NCBI GenBank assembly: GCA_019359095.1
Contig: JAHHHZ010000021.1
Location: forward strand, 177,327 to 201,326
DNA from: Pleurocapsa minor HA4230-MV1
GTDB lineage: Bacteria; Cyanobacteriota; Cyanobacteriia; Cyanobacteriales; Xenococcaceae
Direction of reading: 5' to 3'
DNA length: 24,000 nucleotides
Below are positions 1 to 6,285 of this stretch, one piece after another; position 1 is the stretch's first letter; each line of letters begins with the position of its first letter. The translations under genes and the position numbers were made by a program. The notes below the pieces were generated by a model. That model had not been told where the DNA came from and did no database searches. It saw nothing but the letters and a program-made list of their open reading frames with translations.

Positions 1-658
1 TTAATTTTAGTTTTAACTTAGTTGTTGATACCAAATATTTTTAGGTATTTTATTTGGTGTTAATTGACTCTATTAAAAAATATACCGTTTATTCTCCCTC
101 TTGTCACAATTTTATGGTGATAATTGGTTTTTTTTAATAATGTTCAGTTTTTTTATTTTAGTTGATTAAGCCTAATGTTACAAACCACTGATTTTGCCTA
201 AAAAATATTTTGGCGGTTTTTACACCTTCAATTTTAAAATCTCAGTTCTTTGGGGCAACAATTACTTTTCAACACTTTAAGTTAAATCTTGACTTTTGCT
301 CTTCAAAAATGTTAGAGGAAAATAAGAAATATTTCGCTATTTTAGCTATGATTATGGCAGGATAGGAAAGATTACCGCTACTGTGGGCTTGATTATGTTT
401 TTTTGACTCTAGTATTTTGTAAGCTAGTTGAGCAAAAACAAGAGCGTAATCTAGTCAATCTAAAATCACCAGCTAAAATAACAATCAAAAATCGATATTA
501 GAGTTTTCTGAAATTTTTAACACTTTATTCCTTCGCGATCATAGCTAAGGCAATATATTATTTATTTTCGCTAGTTTAAAAAATGAGCTAAAAATCGGCT
601 AACACACTTATATTTGAAAGTGTAAACCTAATTGAGTGAGTAATTTTTAGTAGCTGAA

Positions 659-1240
659 ATGTTTGATAGCCAAAAAATCATCTTGGTCACAGGTGCTTCT
701 AGTTCAGGAAAAAGTGAACTTGCCGAAATTTTGGCGCAGCAAAGCCAGAAATCTGTTACATACGTTGCTACCGCCACAACAGATGATCGCGATTACCCTT
801 CGGGTACGCTTCGCGATCGCGAATGGCAAGCCAGAATCTTAAAACATCAACAGAGAAGACCTACAAGCTGGAATACCATCACAGCAAACACTGACTTATC
901 ATCATACCTAAAACAAGCTCAGGGATCAGACTGTTTATTGATTGACTCTTTGGGTACGTGGGTGGCAAATTTGCTCGAAGCTGAAGAATCGGCGTGGCAA
1001 ACTGCCAAAGAGTGTTTTTTATCTAGTCTGCAAACCACAGCAGCAACGACCATCTTAGTGGGGGAAGAAACAGGATGGGGAGTCGTCCCAGCTTATCCCT
1101 TGGGTAGACTATTTCGCGATCGCTTGGGGAATTTATCCCGTCAGGTAGGCAATTTAGCTGATACAACCTATCTAGTCGCAGGAGGTCATGTAATCAATCT
1201 TAGTGTTTTGGGTGAACCATTAAAAAAATATGGAATATAA
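659..1240 (+). CDS. cobU: Bifunctional adenosylcobinamide kinase / adenosylcobinamide-phosphate guanylyltransferase (CobU/CobP)
   Basis: 193-aa ORF. It has the N-terminal P-loop ILVTGASSSGKS and is collinear with remembered Salmonella CobU (ATxxxDDE..ARIxxHxxxRPxxW, LVxxEvGxGvVP, RxFRD). It carries an extra RDYPSGTLRDR segment relative to that reference. Confidence 0.85.
   Translation: MFDSQKIILVTGASSSGKSELAEILAQQSQKSVTYVATATTDDRDYPSGTLRDREWQARILKHQQRRPTSWNTITANTDLSSYLKQAQGSDCLLIDSLGTWVANLLEAEESAWQTAKECFLSSLQTTAATTILVGEETGWGVVPAYPLGRLFRDRLGNLSRQVGNLADTTYLVAGGHVINLSVLGEPLKKYGI
789..820. repeat. 32-nt hairpin+HIP1 mini-element, copy A (inside cobU)
   Basis: GCGATTACCCTTCGGGTACGCTTCGCGATCGC matches 21837-21868 at 30 of 32 positions. 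It contains the stem-loop TACCC-TTC-GGGTA and ends in a HIP1 octamer. Confidence 0.7.
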
Positions 1241-1444
1241 CTGCCGAGTTATTGTCTTTATCTAGTCTGCCACTATGATCGTAAGTAGAAGCAATAATTT
1301 AATAATTTGTAGTCAACCATTATTTTAAATATTTGTGCTGATTTGTGCTGACGAATCAATCTTGTTTAGATATTGTCAAACTAACTTTTATTTTTTATCC
1401 CTAGCATTCATAACTATTTAAATTTAAACAGAGAGGGAAACAAT

Positions 1445-1861
1445 ATGGCATCGGCAACAGAAGTAAAAAACTATCTTGCTCATTGGTTTCAATTAGGCAA
1501 AAAGCTAGTCTGGCGCAATGGTGAAGCCGAACTGTTACCGCAAAAAGTTATTCAAGGCGATCGCTTTTCCGCAGAGTTTGAAGAGTGTTGGCAAAAAATC
1601 ATGAGCGTTAATGGTCAAGACTGTTATTTGGTTGGAGGAGAAACTACGATCCAACAACTATTGACCCCAGCCTGGACAATCGATCAGTGTGCCAGATGTG
1701 CAATGCCTATACCAATGGTTGAGGTGGGGAATACTCCATCCCTCGATTGTGTCTGTAATGACTTGGATAATTGGCCCAACACGGAACTCCCAGCCCCTCA
1801 TTCGCCGATTAACAGCCAAGCAAAGTTAAATAGTATTAGTGAGCGTCTTAAAAGTAATTAG
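1445..1861 (+). CDS. Hypothetical Cys-containing protein of unknown function
   Basis: 138-aa ORF preceded by a purine-rich GAGAGGGAAAC 4 nt upstream of the ATG. Cysteines are paired (CARC ... CVC). I recognise no family. Confidence 0.55.
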   Translation: MASATEVKNYLAHWFQLGKKLVWRNGEAELLPQKVIQGDRFSAEFEECWQKIMSVNGQDCYLVGGETTIQQLLTPAWTIDQCARCAMPIPMVEVGNTPSLDCVCNDLDNWPNTELPAPHSPINSQAKLNSISERLKSN

Positions 1862-1879
1862 GAAGTATAGCTACATCTT

Positions 1880-1907
1880 GTAAGGGCGAATGGCCATTCG
1901 CCCCTAC
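1880..1907. repeat. Palindromic hairpin GTAAGGGCGAATGGCCATTCGCCCCTAC (possible terminator or dispersed repeat)
   Basis: Perfect 20-nt palindrome GGGCGAATGGCCATTCGCCC at 1884-1903, 19 nt after the stop of the 1445-1861 ORF. I recall similar hairpins as dispersed repeats in cyanobacterial genomes. No T-tract follows. Confidence 0.5.
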
Positions 1908-2040
1908 CCAAAAATCATTACTAAAACTTTTTTGACCTGTCAGTGATCGCGATCGCACTTCTTTTGGGTACTTTAGGTAAGACTTAAGGCGAGGTCTTGT
2001 GTACCTTGATTGACACCTATTTGTAAGTGCTAGCTTTTAG

Positions 2041-3579
2041 ATGAAACTTTTATTATTAAAAATTCTATTACAGCGTCGTGCCAGGGATGAAGGATTTACC
2101 TTGCCGATGGTTATTGCCCTGGGGTTAGTAATGATCCTCTTAGGGGCAGTCAGCATGACTATTGCCAATGAAGAAAACATAACTGCTATTGCTCAAAATT
2201 CTCGCTCTGATGCTTTAGCGATCGCCGAAGTCGGAGTTGCTCGATATAGAGAGACTTTAGATCGCAACCGAAGATTAGCAATAAATGATTCAAGTCAGTG
2301 GGGAACGCTAACTGGAATTTGTAATAACAATACAAATGAGACGACGACTACTGATGATTATTTCCCTTCATTAACCGAAAACGTCGCCAATACAATTGCT
2401 CTGGCGGAAGATGGTCAGGTACTTAACAATGATGGCGACAATACTGATAGTTTCAATATTGGCTCTTATTCTTTAGTTTCATATGACTATAGTAATACCA
2501 ACGATACTTTCGACTCAACCAATGATACAAATAACAGTAATGCCAGAGGGATATTAACTGTTAAAGGTACAGCTCCCGATGGCAGTGAAGCGCAAATCGA
2601 AGCAGAAATTCCTGTCCGCATCAACCTTGAGGATATGAATACGATTGCCCCTGCCTTGTGGGTTGGTAGTACTAGTCCAACTTTAGGTAATTTAACTATT
2701 GGCAATGGTAATGTGGTAATTAAAGACCCAGCCACAAGCACGGCAGATGGATGCGGAAATTTTTCTGCCCTAGCGTCTACTTCAAGACCAGTGATTAGCG
2801 ACAGTCGGGATTTACCTCCAATCACTAAAATTACAACAGATATAGCCGATGCCAAAAGTAAATGGTCTATAACGACAGGCTCTGTGAATAATTTTCCTTC
2901 CACTGTTACAGAACCCAGAACTGTTGCAGGGGTGACTACTCAATATAAAAAAGTTATTTTTGCTTCTACTACTGATAAAACTTACAAACCAATAGAAGTA
3001 GGCCCACCAATAGTAGCTGCTAGTAAAGATTGTCCTAATATCAAAAAATGTCGCTATTATTATGATTCTGATCCCACTGATACATCAGTTTTGACATATA
3101 CAGATACAGATTTACTGACTGATGGTATTGCTGGAACCACTATGCTATTAAATCGACCTCTGAAAATCGAAGCGACAAACACTGTTGGAACAGGTCAAAA
3201 TGTGAAAATTGGTAGCACTAGTCCCGTTGCTAATGATTCTAATACTTTTGAAATATACGTTAATGGTAATCACGGCATCACCATCGAAGTAGCGAGTGGT
3301 AGAACTGTAACTATTAATGGTTTTATCCATGCTCCCCAGAGTACCTTAACTGTTGAGGGAAGCGGAATTGTGAATATTAATGGTTCTGTTTGGGTTAACA
3401 ACTTTGTTAATAGTACAGCTACCGTAAATATTTCCCCAGACATGATTACGAGAGTAGCAACCCCCGATGATCCTTCGACTTCAGGTAGAGGATACAGATT
3501 TTATAGTACAACTGCTAGCAGAACTCCTAGGCCTATAACTGGTAGCCCGACTAACTGGAAAACGGAGCAGGTGAATTAA
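2041..3579 (+). CDS. Large PilX/GspK-like minor pseudopilin (512 aa)
   Basis: The N-terminus MKLLLLKILLQRRARDEG|FTLPMVIALGLVMILLGAV has a prepilin-like G|F junction and a hydrophobic helix but lacks Glu at +5 (Met instead), as in GspK/PilX-type proteins. The rest is N/T/S/D-rich. The C-terminus carries repetitive G-x-I/V-x-I-N-G strands. It is the first gene of a tightly packed 4-gene cluster. Confidence 0.7.
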   Translation: MKLLLLKILLQRRARDEGFTLPMVIALGLVMILLGAVSMTIANEENITAIAQNSRSDALAIAEVGVARYRETLDRNRRLAINDSSQWGTLTGICNNNTNETTTTDDYFPSLTENVANTIALAEDGQVLNNDGDNTDSFNIGSYSLVSYDYSNTNDTFDSTNDTNNSNARGILTVKGTAPDGSEAQIEAEIPVRINLEDMNTIAPALWVGSTSPTLGNLTIGNGNVVIKDPATSTADGCGNFSALASTSRPVISDSRDLPPITKITTDIADAKSKWSITTGSVNNFPSTVTEPRTVAGVTTQYKKVIFASTTDKTYKPIEVGPPIVAASKDCPNIKKCRYYYDSDPTDTSVLTYTDTDLLTDGIAGTTMLLNRPLKIEATNTVGTGQNVKIGSTSPVANDSNTFEIYVNGNHGITIEVASGRTVTINGFIHAPQSTLTVEGSGIVNINGSVWVNNFVNSTATVNISPDMITRVATPDDPSTSGRGYRFYSTTASRTPRPITGSPTNWKTEQVN

Positions 3580-3585
3580 ACTCTT

Positions 3586-4275
3586 ATGAATAAACTGTTA
3601 TTGTTGTTATTGTTTAAATTTAAAAAAGTAACGCCTCGACAAGAAGCAGGCTTTACTACCCTAGAAATTCTTATTTCGCTAATAATTGCTTTACTCTTTG
3701 TTGCTGTATCCATGCAAAGTTTGGTCTATGCAATGGCAATGAAAGTTCAGGCACAAGAAAAGCAACGAGCTAATGAATTAATTCAAGAAGATATTGAAAG
3801 GATTAATCGATTAGGTAGCACGATAACGCCAGGCGCTGTAGCAAGTACAACAACTATAGCCACTCGTCCATATTGCAATCCAGTAGATACTTCTGCAATA
3901 GCTGCTGCACCATCAGCGACTCCTCCCGTACCTGTTGCGATACCTACATACACAGCTTATGAAAATAGTTACGCTAATGCGTTGTGGCGTGCTATTCCCA
4001 CTACGACTCAAACCAAGACCCTGAGCAAAAAAATTAACTCGGATGGTTCGGTTAGCACAGGTGGTAAACAGCTTGCTTTAAGAAGGTTTCATGTTAGTAG
4101 TACAACTAATAATAGTACTGCTCCCCACCGCACCTTAAAAGTTGGATATCAAGTGTGGAATTGGGATGGCACTGATTTTAAAAATAAAAATGGTGGATCT
4201 CTTGATGCTGGAGATGAACCGATCGCAGAAACTTATGTGGAGATTATACCCGATGTCGCTTTACGCTGTCCGTAA
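3586..4275 (+). CDS. Prepilin-type N-terminal cleavage/methylation domain protein (minor pilin, PilV/PilW/GspJ-like)
   Basis: Leader ...RQEAG|FTTLEILISLIIALLFV with Glu at +5. It starts 6 nt after the previous stop. Confidence 0.75.
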   Translation: MNKLLLLLLFKFKKVTPRQEAGFTTLEILISLIIALLFVAVSMQSLVYAMAMKVQAQEKQRANELIQEDIERINRLGSTITPGAVASTTTIATRPYCNPVDTSAIAAAPSATPPVPVAIPTYTAYENSYANALWRAIPTTTQTKTLSKKINSDGSVSTGGKQLALRRFHVSSTTNNSTAPHRTLKVGYQVWNWDGTDFKNKNGGSLDAGDEPIAETYVEIIPDVALRCP

Positions 4276-4768
4276 ATCTAGTTCTGGCTTTACTCTGATT
4301 GAGATGATGGTAGTTACTATCATTATTGGGGTAATTGCTGCGATCGCTGCTCCTAACTTTCTTGGTTTGCTCAATCGCAATCGAATTAATGATGCAGCAC
4401 AACAAGTTGAAGGAGCGTTAAAAGAAGCTCAAAGACAGGCATTGCGCAGAGGGAAGCAATGTACTATAGCTATAAGCAGTACTAATAAAACTATTTCTAA
4501 TTCTGGAACTAGTGGTTGTTTATTAAGTGAACGAGATTTGAAAAAAATAGATAACTCAATTCAACTTAGCTCAAATACAACATCCATTGTTTTTTCGGGT
4601 AAAGGCAACATCACTGGAGGAACTGCCCCGACTTTAGTTGTATCTATGTCTAATGGCTCACCTGATCAAAAGTGTATAGTGCTTGAGGGTTTATTTGCGA
4701 CTCTGCGTTCAGGGAACTATACAGGAACTATTCCCGCTTCACCAGTTGCCACAAACTGTAGTAATTAA
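4253..4768 (+). CDS. GspH/FimT-like minor pseudopilin
   Basis: The track ORF starts at 4142, but the in-frame ATG at 4253 gives a canonical short leader MSLYAVRKSSSG|FTLIEMMVV followed by IGVIAAIAAPNF...A...A..A. This start overlaps the upstream gene by 23 nt. Confidence 0.75.
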   Translation: MSLYAVRKSSSGFTLIEMMVVTIIIGVIAAIAAPNFLGLLNRNRINDAAQQVEGALKEAQRQALRRGKQCTIAISSTNKTISNSGTSGCLLSERDLKKIDNSIQLSSNTTSIVFSGKGNITGGTAPTLVVSMSNGSPDQKCIVLEGLFATLRSGNYTGTIPASPVATNCSN

Positions 4769-4782
4769 AAAGATTACTATAA

Positions 4783-5295
4783 TTGCTAATGTTAAAGAAA
4801 AGCCTCAAAATCAATCGTGGTTATACGCTAACAGAGCTTTTAGTTACTCTTGTCATTGTGGGAGTTATAGCTGCGATCGCTTCTCCCTCTTTTATGGGCT
4901 TGCTTAGTCGCTATCGATTAGAAGAGGCATTGCAACAGCTATTAGGCGCAATCAACGAAACCCAAAGGCTGGCTATGGTTCGAGGTAAATCCTGTCGGAT
5001 TAATATTAATCTCAGCACTAACAATATTACGGCAAATACTGCGGGTTGTTTGTTAAGAGATCGCAGTATTAGTGACAAAATAACCATCCGCTCCAACTTT
5101 ACAGGCACAACCAATATCACTTTTTCCTATAAGGGCAGTAACACTAGAATGGGTACTATCGTCTTATCTTCAGATCATACAGATTTGCAAAAATGCTTTG
5201 CGATTGCCCTTGGTACTGGGATTAAAAGAGTTGGTAATTACAAAGGCAGTAAAACTGGTTCAATTTCCCCCCCCGACTGTAAAACAACTCAATAG
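4783..5295 (+). CDS. GspH/FimT-like minor pseudopilin (tandem paralog of 4253-4768)
   Basis: Leader MLMLKKSLKINRG|YTLTELLVTLVIVGVIAAIASPSF. It is collinear with the preceding gene, including conserved Cys positions (GK.C.I, GCLL, QKC). Confidence 0.75.
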   Translation: MLMLKKSLKINRGYTLTELLVTLVIVGVIAAIASPSFMGLLSRYRLEEALQQLLGAINETQRLAMVRGKSCRININLSTNNITANTAGCLLRDRSISDKITIRSNFTGTTNITFSYKGSNTRMGTIVLSSDHTDLQKCFAIALGTGIKRVGNYKGSKTGSISPPDCKTTQ

Positions 5296-5380
5296 ATAGC
5301 TGAAAACTTAGTCTTTATTATAAAAGCGATCGCCCAAAAGAAGTCCATAATTGCAGAGGATGGTAAAAAATTTGAGTATT

Positions 5381-5647
5381 CTAATAATGATACCTAGCTT
5401 GCAAAAATTCGATAAATCTTTCAGTTACTCGATAAACTAACCTATGTTCCTGAGTAATTCTTCTCGACCAAACATCACTTGCTATATGCTTCAAGGGTTC
5501 AGGCTTACCAATACCTTGAAACGGGTCTTCAGTCACTGCTTCTATCAAATCTAAAATTTTCTTGGCTTTAGCCTTGTCTTTTCTAAACCACCAGCCTAAA
5601 TCTTCCCGAAACCTTGGGTTAAAAATAATCTTACGGTTGGCATTCAT
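5381..5647 (-). CDS. yoeB: Type II toxin YoeB/Txe family mRNA interferase
   Basis: 88 aa containing PFQGIGKPEPLKH...WSRRITQEHRLVY...ARYHY. This is nearly the motif string of E. coli YoeB. Confidence 0.9.
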   Translation of the reverse strand: MNANRKIIFNPRFREDLGWWFRKDKAKAKKILDLIEAVTEDPFQGIGKPEPLKHIASDVWSRRITQEHRLVYRVTERFIEFLQARYHY

Positions 5648-5927
5648 CGATTAATTCTGACAAACTTTCGCTCTCAATTAATTCATCAGGCAGTTTATCT
5701 CGAACTCTAGATTCTTCTAGGGCTGCAAACAATCGCTCGGCATTTTTAGGCGATCGCAATAAATGTAAGCTTTCTAAAATAGCAGTCAGTTCATCAGCAG
5801 GTAAAATAGCAATATCCTTATGCCCTCTTCTAGTAATAAGAGCGATCGCGTTTTCCTGTTCGATTCGATTTAACAAGGTAGCCAAATTTTGTCTGGCATC
5901 AGTATAAGAAGTAGATATAGGAAACAT
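5631..5927 (-). CDS. yefM: Type II antitoxin YefM/Phd family
   Basis: 98 aa with the N-terminus SYTDARQNLATLLNRI...ITRRG. It overlaps the yoeB start by 17 nt. Confidence 0.9.
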   Translation of the reverse strand: MFPISTSYTDARQNLATLLNRIEQENAIALITRRGHKDIAILPADELTAILESLHLLRSPKNAERLFAALEESRVRDKLPDELIESESLSELIDECQP

Positions 5928-5933
5928 CTTTTT

Positions 5934-5952
5934 TGTACATATATTCTGTACA
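5934..5952 (-). promoter_or_regulatory. Candidate YefM-YoeB operator (two TGTACA hexamers)
   Basis: TGTACA occurs at 5934-5939 and 5947-5952, 13 bp centre to centre, immediately upstream of the yefM ATG in an A/T-rich stretch. The E. coli yefM-yoeB operator is built from paired TGTACA core palindromes. Confidence 0.45.
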
Positions 5953-5960
5953 TAATATCA

Positions 5961-6098
5961 TATGCGCTGCGATTACCGAAGTTCTTTGGTAACAGTCCCA
6001 ATTTTTGGCTTAATTTGCAAAATGCCTGGGAAATTTATCATACTCAAGCAGCAGAAGCAGAACAACTGGAAAAAATTCAACCTATTGCCCAAGGTTGA
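5961..6098 (+). pseudogene. C-terminal fragment of a HigA-type (Xre-family) antitoxin
   Basis: It translates to [39 protein letters not shown]...*. This matches the end of E. coli HigA ([30 protein letters not shown]). The N-terminal HTH part is missing and its place is taken by the yefM promoter and gene. Confidence 0.55.
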
Positions 6099-6172
6099 AA
6101 AACTGTTAGGCATATCGCCCCTACGCAAATATTCTTTTGGTTTGACTTTTGAGATAACTACAAAAAATACTA

Positions 6173-6238
6173 AGGTTTGTCTGGTTCTTCTCCTAATTCA
6201 GCACACCATTCTAAATAGTCATCTACCGAATAATGAAC
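6173..6238 (-). pseudogene. Short fragment resembling a HicB-family antitoxin
   Basis: The minus strand reads VHYSVDDYLEWCAELGEEPDKP then a stop. I remember HicB-like antitoxins having SVDDYLEFCxExGExPxKPFSG. No start codon is present and the family's C-terminal DNA-binding part is absent. Confidence 0.35.
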
Positions 6239-6285
6239 TATAAATAGTTGATTACCGATTATCCAACAAGCAAAAATTAATATTT

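Noticed and set aside
300-658. Cobalamin riboswitch upstream of cobU (CCGCTACTGTGGG near 376 vaguely recalls the B12 box)
   Set aside because: The region is A/T-rich and lacks the GC-rich conserved core and paired helices of cobalamin riboswitches. Only an Infernal scan could rescue this idea.
1331-1350. Perfect 2 x 10-bp tandem duplication ATTTGTGCTG upstream of the 1445 ORF
   Set aside because: It is real but trivial in size. No regulatory pattern is recognisable.
2487-2903. 138-aa minus-strand ORF antisense to the PilX-like gene (also 3148-3330, 4911-5120, 6551-7137, 7754-7954)
   Set aside because: These are fully embedded antisense to better-supported genes. They have low-complexity hydrophobic translations and no motifs.
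4142-4252. Long N-terminal extension of the first GspH-like gene (track start 4142)
   Set aside because: It would place 48 non-leader residues before the G|FTLIE junction and overlap the upstream gene by 134 nt. The ATG at 4253 gives a canonical leader.
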